Shown here: in pieces, positions 24,204 to 35,335 of the stretch
Numbering within the stretch: position 1 is the first letter of the stretch
Layout of the letters: each line of letters begins with the position of its first letter
Assembly: GCA_964658305.1 (NCBI GenBank)
Contig: OZ210885.1
Location: forward strand, 21,762,001-21,826,000
Direction: 5' to 3'
DNA from: Leptogorgia sarmentosa
Lineage: Eukaryota
Length of the DNA: 64,000 bases
Notes under the pieces: generated by a model
What the model was told of the DNA's origin: nothing
The model's database searches: none
The model's input: only the letters and a program-made list of their open reading frames with translations
Translations under genes and position numbers: made by a program

Positions 24204-25247
24204 TTACGAACTCGTAGTTTTAACCAACACAGCAGATACTCCTGATAAGGTCGACGTTGGTGTTTTGATGTATCTTTCGTAACAGTCTGAGGACCACCGC
24301 CCTAAAGTTTTGATGAGCCACGCAGGAAGGTCTGCTTTAGCAGCTGTTGTAGCAGCACCGATCCGGTAGCTATGGCCGGCATAATTTGATGCATTCAACC
24401 CCGCCTGGTTAAGCAGCTTTCGGGTTTCAAAAGTTAGATTTTGCTTAGTAAGAGGTTTTCCAGATGCAAAAATGAAGAGCGGCCCAGTCACGGTTGGACG
24501 TAGCCGGGTGTAGTTTAGCATGGCTTGCACTGGACAGACTTCGGAGTATGTAGCGCCTATTGTTAATGTATGACCCAGGCGGAATGGATCGGTCTTAGAT
24601 TCCTTGATAAGAACCGTCATGAATTGAGGTGTTTTGCCACCACTATTCGATGAGAAATTAATACATTCTCTGGTCAGGTGAATATCTGGGTTGAACTTAG
24701 AGTTGCAAGTTAATTCTCCAAGACGGAGAAAGCCAAAAAATGCTAATGTCATAGCAGCCCAAACCATCTTAGAGTCAAAGGACTGTGTGAACGGAACGCC
24801 GAGCAACATTTGAAAAAGGTTAAGGTGGTTAATTGTAATGGGTAGCCGCACCCGGAGTTGTTGTCCCTGTGAGCGTTTTATCCCTCTGAGAACAAGCTGT
24901 AAGCGTAGCATTTTGTTCAAGTTTAGCTCAATACCACGGCGAATGTGGAAGTGACGTACGGCTGCTAAATATGTTTTAATTGACGCATATTTTATCGATT
25001 TGGCCAGGAAAGCAATGAATTCAGTCAAAAGTGGTTCACTAGCAGGCAGACATTCTTCCACTTGTTTTCGCTTATATAAATTTATAAAGTTCACAAACCG
25101 TTTCTCTCCTGAACTATAGGTTTGCTGGCTTGTGGGGGCAATTGACAGCTCCATATATTTCTCAATATCTTTATTTAAAGAGTCACTACAATCGCTGGAA
25201 TTGGAGAGGGTTTGGTGTCTACCTCTGGTGCCAGATTTCGAAACCAC
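24204..25247 (-). CDS. Tyrosine recombinase of the YR retroelement (open, 347 aa)
   Basis: FFGFLRLGE (R), SKTD (K), HSYRIGAAT (HxxR), LGRWSSDCYERY (W..Y); N-terminal SAM-like region TYLAAVRHFH. Confidence 0.9.
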   Translation of the reverse strand: MVSKSGTRGRHQTLSNSSDCSDSLNKDIEKYMELSIAPTSQQTYSSGEKRFVNFINLYKRKQVEECLPASEPLLTEFIAFLAKSIKYASIKTYLAAVRHFHIRRGIELNLNKMLRLQLVLRGIKRSQGQQLRVRLPITINHLNLFQMLLGVPFTQSFDSKMVWAAMTLAFFGFLRLGELTCNSKFNPDIHLTRECINFSSNSGGKTPQFMTVLIKESKTDPFRLGHTLTIGATYSEVCPVQAMLNYTRLRPTVTGPLFIFASGKPLTKQNLTFETRKLLNQAGLNASNYAGHSYRIGAATTAAKADLPAWLIKTLGRWSSDCYERYIKTPTSTLSGVSAVLVKTTSS

Positions 25248-26287
25248 TGGTACTGAAAACGAGAAATTGCATCTGCTATGTCGTTATGTTTCCCGGGGAT
25301 GTGCACAGCGCAAATATATATATTATTATGCAGGGTTAAGAGTGTTAAATGACGCAGTAGATCCATCATTCTAGGTATTTTTGAGCGTTTTGTATTGATG
25401 ATGCTCACCACAGACTCATTATCACAATGAAATTTTATGCGGTGGTTTTGAAGAAGGTTTCCCCAAATCTGACATGCAACTACGATTGCAAACAACTCCT
25501 GCCATGCGATACTTATTCCTGGTTGGCCTAACATTTGGTGGGGTTCCCATTTTCCCTGAAACCATTTATTCCCAAAAATCCCTCCATAACCTAAGGTGCC
25601 AGAAGCATCTGTATGCAGGTCTAAAGCATTGGTATCATGCCATGTGGAGGACAGGAAAAAATTTGATTCGTTCCAATGAGAAATAAACTCTTTCCACATT
25701 TTCAAATCTTGAAAGAAACCAGCACTAAGTTTGATGTGATGATGTTGTTTTGCCACATTCCGTGTTAGCGCATTCATGCGTTGTAAAAAGGGGCGCCCAG
25801 GGGGGACTACTTTGCAGGCAAAATTAAGTGTCCCTATTAAAGACTGTAGCTGTTTCAGAGTACAGGATTTCTTCTGTTCGAATTGTTCAAAACTGGCTCG
25901 GATCCGTTCAATCTTATCAGGAGGGAGTCTGGCTTGCATTTTAATCGTATCTAACACAATACCCATGAACTCAAGAACTTCAGAGGGGCCCTGTGTCTTC
26001 CCGTCGGCTATCGGGATTCCGATTGTTTTAAATGTGGATAACATGTTTTCTAGACTAGTCTGACACTGGGTATTTAGTGGCGGCTGTGAAGCTGGAGGCT
26101 CGATTAAAAGAAAATCATCTAAAATGTGGCATGCAAAAGTAACATTGCACTGGTTGATTAAGATCCACTCAAGGGCATCTGAAAGTTGATTAAAAAGGCT
26201 AGGGGCACTTCTTAGACCAAAAGGTAAGACCTTATCGTAATAATACTTTCCCTCCCAAGACATGCCTAGCAGTTCATAATCAGAAGG

Positions 26288-29111
26288 TATAGTGATTGAG
26301 TGATAATTGATTGACGTTAGTGATTAAATATATACCTAATGATTGTAATAAGATAGCAGTTAGTATGTGACCGTGTAGCAATACATAGATATGCGAATAA
26401 AGAGATAAATCAAGAACGTGTGCAGCATTTAATGATACCTAGAAATACTACATTGGCGACGAGGATGAAAACACCACAGTAAATCCTAATACACAGTAAT
26501 GTCTGACGAAGAAAACCACGCACCACCACAACCGAGTGAACCGACTCCACAACAGAAAGTACAAATAATGCAGTCCATCGCAATTACGCCAATGCCGGAA
26601 TTTTGCCCTGATGCCAAACTAGGAACTAGCCTTGCGACCAAATGGAACAATTGGCAATGTGATTTTGACATGTACCTAACCGCAAGCGGTATTACTGATC
26701 CAACGAGAAAACGGGCATTACTCTTATACCAGGCTGGCTCGCGAGTGCGTGAGATATTCAGACAAATTCCCGATATAGGAACTGACGCAGACTACAACAT
26801 TGCAAAGGCGAAACTTAAGGCCTACTTCGATCCGCAGAAGAACAAAAGATACGAAGTGTACCGTTTTCGACAGGCTACACAAGCGAGCACGGAGACTTTA
26901 GACCAGTTTCACACACAATTGCGAACAATGGCAGCGACTTGTGAATTTACCGATATCGAGTTTGAAATCGAAGAACAAATCATTATTGGCGGCAGTTCGT
27001 CAAGAATACGCAAACACGCTCTACGTGAGCCGACGTTTGATTTAAAAGCCATGCTTCTTGAAGGGCGCCGCGACGAGCAAAGTACATTTCAGACCAAAGA
27101 GATCGAATCAAAGGAGACAAAAGACGGTGAAACGAATAGACTAGAACAAAAATCTCGGAATCATCATCTCAATAACAAACCAACTTGTCGGAATTGCGGC
27201 CGTGAGTTTCCACACGTAGGCACATGTCCAGCGCGAGGGAAAACGTGCAACAATTGCGGAAAACCAAACCACTTTGCTACGGTATGTCGAGCAAAACGCA
27301 ATCCAGTACGATTACCAAGAAAGACAACAAAAAGTAAACCACAGGGACAGAAAAGCCGTAAAGCGTTGGAAACAGAGCCAACGTTTAGTTCTGACGAAGA
27401 ATACTTGTATACGGTTATGGATAAGAAATCTGATAACAAAGTCAATGTCACCGTAGGCGGTCATCAGTTTAAAATAGCTGTCGACACCGGGGCGACAACT
27501 TTGGCCGAAATAACCGACGCGACTAATTCAGACGCTACATTAACACAAGTTCGAGATGCGATTCGAACAAACAAATGGGACTCACCGGCTGTAAAACCCT
27601 ACAAACCGGTAAAAGACAAGCTAACAACGACCTCTCAAAGCATTATATTAAGAGGAACGCGAATCGTTATTCCTTCTGTTCTACAACAGCGAACAATAGA
27701 CTTAGCTCATCAGACGCATCTTGGCATTGACAAGACGAAGAGCCTAATTCGAGAGAAAATATGGTTTCCACAAATAGACAATCTTGTAAGGAATACTATT
27801 GCACGTTGTATTCCATGTCAGGCAGTGGGACGACCAAATCCACCTGAACCCATTACAACCACCTGCATGCCCAGACATCCATGGACAACACTGCATGTTG
27901 ACTTCTATGGACCCTTGCCTACGAAAGAGTATTTACTTGTAGTCGTCGACAGATACTCACGTTTTCCAGAAGTGGAAGTGGTACATTCCACAAAAGCATC
28001 GACCGTGATACCAAAGCTAGACAAGATATTTGCGGTCCATGGTATACCTGATGTTATCATATCAGACAATGGTCCACCATTTAATGGTGTAGACTACAAA
28101 CGCTACTTAGAGACTCTAGGAATCACACCTAAATTCTCTACCCCGTTATGGCCTCAAGGCAATGCACAAGCAGAGCGCTTCATGAAATGTCTCGGGAAAG
28201 TATTGCAAACAGCAAAAATCCAGAATCGACCGTGGAAACAAGAGCTCAGCCGATTTCTTCTACAATATAGAACAACCCCCCATAGTTCTACAGGTGTTCC
28301 ACCCTGCGAGTTATTGTTCAACCGAAAAGTTCGAGGAACATTACCCGTCCTTCGCACGAATAACATTGTGAACCGACACAAAGAAGCGCGCGAGAAAGAA
28401 AGTAAACGCCAAGAATACAATAAATCTTACGCAAACAACCGAAGGAATGCAAAGAAGAGTAATATCACAGTTGGAGACTATGTATTAGTTAGACAACCAA
28501 AGCAAAACAAGTTAACTCCACATTTCAGCCAAAAGCCATATCTGGTGATAAGTAGAAATAAAACTGTGATAAAAGCTCGCAGTAAAGATGGTCATTTGAT
28601 AGAGCGAAACATCTCGCACTTCAAGAAGATTCCGAAATCTAATGGCAATGAATCTGATGATAGCGAAGAGTTGAACGACCATCCCGACAATACTGCAACC
28701 GAGCAGAATCCGGGAACCACTCAAGTGGCCGAAAACAGAAATGAGAACCATGTTAGAAGATCTACAAGAACCAGAAGAGTACCAGACAGATATGGACAAA
28801 TTTTACCATCAAATATGATTAATGGAATATACAACTAAAAGTATAAAATATATAAAAAAATATAAGTATAATTTTGTTTTGAATGATTGATGATTGATTT
28901 TGAATTACCTACAATAATCAACGTTAAATTTAAATGAAGGGGATGGTATAGTGATTGAGTGATAATTGATTGACGTTAGTGATTAAATATATACCTAATG
29001 ATTGTAATAAGATAGCAGTTAGTATGTGACCGTGTAGCAATACATAGATATGCGAATAAAGAGATAAATCAAGAACGTGTGCAGCATTAAATGATACCTA
29101 GAAATACTACA
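26288..29111 (+). mobile_element. Gypsy (Mag-like) LTR retrotransposon, internally deleted; 165-bp LTRs; 5-bp TSD GAAGG
   Basis: LTRs 26288-26452 and 28947-29111 differ at one base by eye; PBS TGGCGACGAG at 26454; purine tract GAAGGGGATGG; TSD 26283-26287 and 29112-29116. Confidence 0.93.
26499..28838 (+). CDS. Gag (two Cys/His knuckles) - partial protease - integrase fusion, 779 aa, lacking RT/RNase H
   Basis: CRNCG..H..CPA, CNNCGKPNHFATVC; VDTGA followed at once by post-RNase H linker; H..H/C..C; HVDFYGP, SDNGPPF, AERF. Confidence 0.88.
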   Translation: MSDEENHAPPQPSEPTPQQKVQIMQSIAITPMPEFCPDAKLGTSLATKWNNWQCDFDMYLTASGITDPTRKRALLLYQAGSRVREIFRQIPDIGTDADYNIAKAKLKAYFDPQKNKRYEVYRFRQATQASTETLDQFHTQLRTMAATCEFTDIEFEIEEQIIIGGSSSRIRKHALREPTFDLKAMLLEGRRDEQSTFQTKEIESKETKDGETNRLEQKSRNHHLNNKPTCRNCGREFPHVGTCPARGKTCNNCGKPNHFATVCRAKRNPVRLPRKTTKSKPQGQKSRKALETEPTFSSDEEYLYTVMDKKSDNKVNVTVGGHQFKIAVDTGATTLAEITDATNSDATLTQVRDAIRTNKWDSPAVKPYKPVKDKLTTTSQSIILRGTRIVIPSVLQQRTIDLAHQTHLGIDKTKSLIREKIWFPQIDNLVRNTIARCIPCQAVGRPNPPEPITTTCMPRHPWTTLHVDFYGPLPTKEYLLVVVDRYSRFPEVEVVHSTKASTVIPKLDKIFAVHGIPDVIISDNGPPFNGVDYKRYLETLGITPKFSTPLWPQGNAQAERFMKCLGKVLQTAKIQNRPWKQELSRFLLQYRTTPHSSTGVPPCELLFNRKVRGTLPVLRTNNIVNRHKEAREKESKRQEYNKSYANNRRNAKKSNITVGDYVLVRQPKQNKLTPHFSQKPYLVISRNKTVIKARSKDGHLIERNISHFKKIPKSNGNESDDSEELNDHPDNTATEQNPGTTQVAENRNENHVRRSTRTRRVPDRYGQILPSNMINGIYN

Positions 29112-29611
29112 GAAGGGTGGATAGGTATTAGTCGGAAAGCGGATTCGATGTCGGTTTTTGCAAGAAAACATCCTGGGCCAATGCGTTTAATACCTTTGAT
29201 TGCATCATCTATCGTAACGTATTGCAGGCTAAAATCTTCCTTTGGAATGCTGTCATTTATGCTGCTTGAACCAGACTTAGGGTAGGACAAATGAAAAATT
29301 GTGCGAAACTTGGTCGAATTCTTTTTGGGTACAAGACCAATCGGTGAGACTTGAAAATTCGGAAATGGAGGAGTATCAAAAGGACCGGCGGTGCGGCCAA
29401 GGAAACCTCTTTGGCTAAATTAGCCGAAACAACATCTGGTTTTTCAAAAGCTGTTGGCAAATTTTTGGAAAATCTGGCAGAACGCTGTCCCTGAAAACCG
29501 ATGCGTGCACCATATCTAAATATATTACACAGGCCTAAAACAAATGCTCTATTAGGATGACTAGAAAGTGCAGTGCTAAGTTCAAGGACTGATACAGGGG
29601 TTGGTAGAGGG

Positions 29612-30818
29612 TCATTCTCGCTTTCTACGGGAGGAGCTGTTGTCACGCTTTCGGTTTCGTTCTTCGTTTCCGGCTGATGTGGTTGTTTGGGCAGAGGGGC
29701 AATGACATCCCGGGTGTGGTCCCTGACATTTGTTGCATACGTGGCGGTAGTTACAGGCTTCTCTTGCACAATGGCCCTTTCCATTGTACATGTGGCAACA
29801 GGCACCTCTTGCGCCCCCTGAGGAAACCTGGTAGTGGGGTCCATTTGAGAAAATAGGATATTGCTGCGCTAGCATATCCGAGGTTGTTGTAAATATCATC
29901 AACCACAGCTGTTGATCTATCTTTGACCAGTCGAGGCTCGGGTTAAGTGCAGCTTTAGATCTAAACTTGTGGTCATAAATACACCATCCCAGCCCTCGGT
30001 GCATATGGGCAGCGTGGCGAATCAAAGACAGGTACTGCAGGAGCTCCTGTGCACGGATAGGATATTGGTGCGTCATAATACTCATGTATATAGTAAACGC
30101 AGTCGTCCACTGTTCAATATTCGTGATCTTGGCCGTAGGCTGAGATGCCTTGTTAGCCTTGATCACTGAATTCTCAAGTGTCAATACGATGGCATCTTCC
30201 GACAGGTTATTTGTCGACATATTCTTAGGTAATAGCTTAGACAAATCAAAAAACTCACCCGCTTGGATTCGTTTGATGTATGGCGCCGGAACCTCGTGGA
30301 ATCCATTGCCGTAGGGCACGGTGGTTAGGCCAGGATTAGAGCCGCTGGGCTGCGATGTGACGCTCGTTGCTGAAGGTAAACTGGAGTTAGTCGTACTAAC
30401 CGCGGTCTCGACTATGTCAACTGGGCTTCAGTTTTCATGGCTTTGCTGGGGCGTTGAAGACATGGCTTCGACAGCAGCCCGGGCTGCATTAGTTGCAATC
30501 ACGGTCACCGATTGCTCTATGCTTCGCGTAACGATAGACTGTATTTGCGCCAAATGTTCCTCAGAGAAAGGCGGCGGTGACTGGTCATCAGGTTGAGGTG
30601 AAGTCGACGTAGACGGGATATTTTCGGCAGCTACGGTTGTGTTCGCACGCGCGGCGTTGAAGCCGGGAAATCAGAACGTTTCGCCGTCCGGAGCTTGCCA
30701 ATCCTTTTTCAGCGCATTGACGACGTAGGCTGTCCGTGTTCCCATCGACTAGGTTTGTGTTGGAGGAGCTTTCCTTGGTTGAATGTCCTTTAGCGTTTCT
30801 GCGGCGGACGGGAGGCAT
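29612..30818 (-). pseudogene. Gag-like ORF of the YR element with N-terminal SAP-like motif and C-terminal Cys/His finger; frameshift near 30640
   Basis: DSLRRQCAEKGLASSGRRNVLISRL; IQAGEFFDLSKLL; QWTTAF; WCIYDHKFR; CHMYN..C...CNYRHVCNKC..H. Confidence 0.8.
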
Positions 30819-31257
30819 GCCAATGAATAATTTGCATTCAAAAATCGCGATATATGAATAATTCACAATTTTTTAAATCGTTTTCAGCTCTCGCAATTGT
30901 TCTCTGTTGAGTGCTTGGAACAAAGATATAGCTAACAGGCATGCCTTATCCATTTATCTCTAAATTGTGCGGTTCTCATTGGTCAATTAGATCTTGACGT
31001 CGTTAGTCTGTATTCTCATTGGTTGCCTTAGGTAGTATCTAGCATGGTGCACGCATGCTTGCATCGTGCTATGTGTGTGTTTAATAATGCCTCAGATCAA
31101 AGTATCATGACCTTTGATCGCTGCGTGAGATTTTTTGGATATCGTACCAAAGTCCAGCCTTGCTCCATTAACTTTAATTTATAATCGATATTATAAATTG
31201 GCTTAATTAATATGGTGCAAGTGTTATATATAGGTAAGCGTTCAACGCAACATATGG

Positions 31258-32491
31258 GTCACTGATTAGGGAAGAGTGCAGTGCAGATGTGAACATATTC
31301 CATGATGATGAGGAAATTTTGGAATGTTCTATGGAAACGTCTTTAAAAACTCTGTACGCAGTTGATAAAAGTCTATCGGAAAAGCTAAAAAAATGTAAGG
31401 AACAGTTTGTAGACAGCTCAAAAAACTTCAGAATTAAAGTACGAAGGCAGCATGTATGGGAAGATACCCTGATTAAGCTTCAAAGAGATGAAGATGCAGT
31501 TAAGAATGAAGTAAAGGTTCAGTTCATTGGTGAACCGGCAGTCAACCAAGGCGGACCTTCTTGTGAATACTTTGGTCTAATTAACGAAGCTGCCCAAAGA
31601 AAGTTGATGGCACAATTTGTCTTTAGACATAATTTTTTTGCCTTGAATAGACGAGAGTATTATGCCTTTGGGCAATTGACAGCAATTGGTTTGCTTCAAG
31701 GATCACCAGGTCCAAGGTGTTTCACCAAGTCAGTGTTTGACTATATTTGCTCTGGGAACATTGATAAGTTAATTCCATCTGTTGATGAAATTCCGTTTTA
31801 TGAGATCAGAACTAGCCTCATCGAGTTGGAAAGTATTACAGATCCTGATGAGTTTAAACAGAAGGCATCTTTTGAAAGTGATTATCGATTTGATGCAGGC
31901 TATACAAAGCCCATTGTTACCATGGCCGACAAAGAAGATTTCATCAGATGCCATGCCCTTCATTACACCATACTTGTTTCTTTAAGCGAGCTCAACCAGT
32001 ATATTGATGGCCTCAAGACTTGCAATATGTTAGATCTTATCAAAGAAGAACCTGACAGTTTTAGAAGTTTATTTGAAGTAAATCATGCAAAGCTTACTGC
32101 CGAAGATGTTGATTCCATTTTTGATCCTATGTTCAGTCCAGCTGGTAGCAACAAATTTGCAGTTGAGCAAAGCATCATGTTCAATTTCAACCAATATCTT
32201 GAAGATGTTGAGAATGGTAAAGTGGTTGGTCACGTTGAAGATCGAGAAGTCAATGAGTGACATCAAAGTGATGTCCTTCAATTTGCCACTGGTGCCCAAA
32301 ATGTTCCTGCTGTTGGCTTTTCGCCTCGACCTACCATAGTATTCCAACATAATTTGGATAGCCAGAGAAAGATAAGCACAAACACGTGTGCTAACATTCT
32401 CAAATTTCCAGTAAATAGTTTGGATTCTAGTGAATTTTCTGAGGAATTCACGTTTTCTCTACTGAACTCACCTGGATTCCAATTAGTTTAA
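31258..32491 (+). pseudogene. IS3EU #1 cargo gene, 3' part: HECT E3 ubiquitin-ligase domain (G2E3-like), one in-frame TGA at 32258
   Basis: VRRQHVWEDT, VQFIGEPAVNQGGPSCEYF, GQL..GLLQGSPGP; after the stop, in the same frame, DVLQFATGA..P.VGF...ISTNTCANILKFP...NSPGFQLV* (catalytic TC, terminal GF). Confidence 0.85.
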
Positions 32492-32771
32492 AGTTTGGTG
32501 CAGTTAAGATAACAAGACAACTTGTTAGTCAGAGGAGTTTGACATTTGATATGCATTTCAAGACATATTATTGATATTACTTGAAACATGAACATATTTT
32601 TGTAAATTATAGTGCATTTTTATAGTGATTTGTATCGTTATATAAGTTTATTGGTTGATATTTGTGACATACAGTTTCTGCTTTCATCAATATTACGGTA
32701 TTTTCCGGTAGTACTTATTGTATTCATTGTGGATATTCATTGAGCAACTTCCAGAAGCATGCTATATAAAG

Positions 32772-33319
32772 TTAATGCTTCCCTACAGGATGTTGGTTTC
32801 CGATAACTCTAGGGTCGTTGTTACTTCTTTCCACTTTCAGCCAAATCACGCGTCGGCTATACCCATCAATACATCCATGTATAGGTAGCCCATAAGGTTT
32901 GAGTTTATCGTAGCCGTCTACATGCCAGCAGAAATTGGGCCCTGGATTAGAATATTTCCTTCTTTTAAGTCTATGGGCTCTTCGGCTTCTGACACCTTCG
33001 GGGTCCAATTCTCTCAGTAATTCTGCTACTACCGATCTTGGGACATTAATTCTGTACTTTACTTTAGGTGAAGTCGTCGCCACATCGCTCGGTACCCTAG
33101 AAGATTTCCTGAACCTTGCAGTTCACAGTTAATGTGATTGCGAAGGACATCCTCATTAATGTTGCGACTTCGTCTGCTCAATCCATAACCTTTCAAACGA
33201 TTTAAGAGAGTCCGTTTTGACATCTTGATGTCATGAAATTTGTTTAAAAACTCCAATATTGTATCATAGTTGTAATTTCTTTGGAGATAGCATGTGATTG
33301 CCTCTTCTTCATCCTCCAT
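32772..33319 (-). pseudogene. IS3EU #1 transposase (HTH + start of integrase-like DDE core), frameshifted and internally deleted
   Basis: MSKRTLLNRL..YGL, LGYRAMW, LDPEGV..R..RLKRRKY..PGPNFCWHVDGYDKL..IHGCIDGYSRR. Confidence 0.85.
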
Positions 33320-33411
33320 TTCACAGTTCCGTCTCGCAATGCATGATGGTCGAACACACGGGCGAGCCGTATCTACAATTTTCCCAAATTGTACGGATAT
33401 CACGATTCTAA

Positions 33412-33657
33412 ATGTGTTTTGCGATTCCAAATGTGTTTTGTGTTTCTAAATGTGTTTTGCGATTGCAAATGTGTTTTGTGTTTTTAAATGCGTTTTATGA
33501 ACTGTGGGTGTGTTATGTGAAAAACGAATGTGCCATAAAACAGTGAAATGCGTTCCGTGATTGTTTAAAATGTATCAAAATAATGCAAAAATTATTAAAA
33601 ACTACGAATTGTTTTTTGCTTTGTTCATTTTGTGTTTTGCACTTCTGGGCCACTGTA
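33412..33657 (-). repeat. IS3EU #1 right TIR
   Basis: Inverted copy of 16262-~16505. Confidence 0.85.
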
Positions 33658-34723
33658 ATTAACAACCATGGAAAACAACTAATTAATATAATATGTAAAA
33701 ACACTGACCCGACAATCCTCAATGGAAGAACCAAAGGGGATTCCTTAGGAAGACCTACTTTTCATAGTCATAATGGTATTAGCACCATTGACTATATTAT
33801 ATGTGACCAGGACATTTTTCAAAATATTAATTATTCTATTGTGAAACAACCCACATATTTATCAGACCATAGCCAAATAATCACATGGATCAATATCTAC
33901 AAACCAACACCTGACAATGAAAACAATCTACCTGAACAAACTCCTTTACACAATTTACCACTTCAATTTGAATGGTCAAAAAACTCAACAACTTTATTTT
34001 GACAAAGACTACAATCAACTGAATAACAAACTTTATACAATCTTCATTTGACAATAACCAAAATGGTGTCAATGAATGTATGAAGCAATTCCTAGACATC
34101 CTAATTGATGCATCAAAAAACTCACTAAAACAGTAAAACTTAAACAAAGGAAATTTAAAACGAAAATGACCAATGTACTGAACAAAAAATGGTTTGATAA
34201 AGAATGCAGACTCAAACAACATGAAGTACGTAAATTAGCAAATAAAAAACACAGAGACCCTACAAATACCAATACAAGGATTGCATATCATTCTGCCCTC
34301 AAAACATATAAAGAAACTTTGGAAATTAAGAAAAACCAATTCCAAAACGAAAAACTAATCGAACTAGAAAGAGCTGCCCAAAATGACCCAAATTCCTTCT
34401 GGAAAACACTTCAAAATATGTCAGATGAAACACAAAATGCTAACAATAATAACAATACTCCAAGAACTGATGAATGGTTCAATCATTTCTCGAAACTACA
34501 CTCCAATCATCAATTAAATCAAGACCATCATGACGTAATCAAAACTCTAATAGACAAAGAAAAGACGAAAGACGAAAATAACATACTTGACACAGAAATC
34601 GCGGAACATGAAATACGCAACAACGCATTAAAATTGAAACCTAATAAGGCTGTTTACGCAGACAAAATAAAAAACGAAATGATAAAAGCTAGTGCAGACA
34701 TATTAGTAGAAGGATATACCAAA

Positions 34724-35335
34724 TTATTATATACACAAGCGCTGGATATGAGCTATTCTGCAATCTGACTGGTTCTCTACTAGCAGGATATTAGCTCATA
34801 TCCTGCCAGTACAGAAATGTAAACAAAATGGCTGAAAGAGCGAAGCTGGAATTGAAGTTTTCAACAGTTAAAAACGTCTTTGCGACCGATTAAAAGAATA
34901 AAATTCAAGAAGTTTAGTTGTAAATATTTATTGTGCAGTTTTGAATCTGGAAAACCGGACTCGACGCTGTAATATTCATCGCTTGACTGATTTGGATCGC
35001 TTGTTGCTGTTTGTTGACATTTTACAACGGTAAAATTGGTGTTGTACTTTCAAATGCAGAAAAATACAGATGAAAACTGCTGAAATTTAAAACTAGCTAT
35101 AGTTTAAACGAAACGTCGACTATTTTAATTCCGTAACTGTTGTTTTTTCTGTGCTTTTTGGCATGTATTTATCAAGTAAAACTGTTTTTGTAAATATGTC
35201 GATTTCAAAGCGATAGAACACTTTGAAATTATATTCAGTTTTAACTAAAATACAAATAAATTTGGAAATTGTTTTTGTCCAGTGCTTGTGTACATAATAA
35301 AACAGTTATTCTGCTCACTCTTGCCGTATATGACT
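34724..35335. mobile_element. Non-autonomous inverted-repeat element replacing part of the RTEX RT
   Basis: TTATTATATACACAAGCGCTGGA (34724-34746) vs TCCAGTGCTTGTGTACATAATAA (35278-35300), 21/23 inverted match; RT motifs between YTKL and YADD are missing. Confidence 0.6.

Larger units (their letters stand above)
25175..29620 (-). pseudogene. RT/RNase H of the YR element, interrupted by the Gypsy insertion
   Basis: KTDIESAFRLIPIHPS|DYELLGMSW restored; LPFGLRSAP, HILDDFL, LHTDASG, ELFAI, HCDN, NDIADAISR. Confidence 0.9.
23723..31203 (-). mobile_element. Tyrosine-recombinase retrotransposon (DIRS order, Ngaro-like gene set gag / RT-RNase H / YR, no methyltransferase seen)
   Basis: Absent from the intact BEL LTR copy (caacaa|taattaat); overlapping gag, pol and YR ORFs; boundary uncertain by a few bp. 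Confidence 0.85.
17604..31252 (-). mobile_element. BEL/Pao LTR retrotransposon, 5-bp TSD TATGG; its 5' LTR is split by a YR retroelement
   Basis: LTRs TG..CA at 17604-18017 and 23383-~23723 + ~31204-31252; TSD 17599-17603 and 31253-31257; purine tract (GGGGGGCGAGGA on -) next to the 3' LTR. Confidence 0.92.
16262..33657. mobile_element. IS3EU-like DNA transposon #1 (~245-bp TIRs, 6-bp TSD ATTAAC), about 3.7 kb after removing nested inserts
   Basis: TACCGTGGCCCAGAAGTGC ... GCACTTCTGGGCCACTGTA; ATTAAC at 16256-16261 and 33658-33663; IS3/integrase-like transposase at the right end. Confidence 0.85.

Noticed and set aside
24204..25247. Bacterial/phage integrase contamination or HGT
   Set aside because: Overlaps an RT/RNase H ORF and follows a gag, the standard DIRS-order arrangement, nested within eukaryotic TEs.
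31289..32491. Host G2E3 gene
   Set aside because: Intronless, no PHD/RING fingers, enclosed by TIRs and a TSD; treated as transposon cargo, so no gene symbol given.
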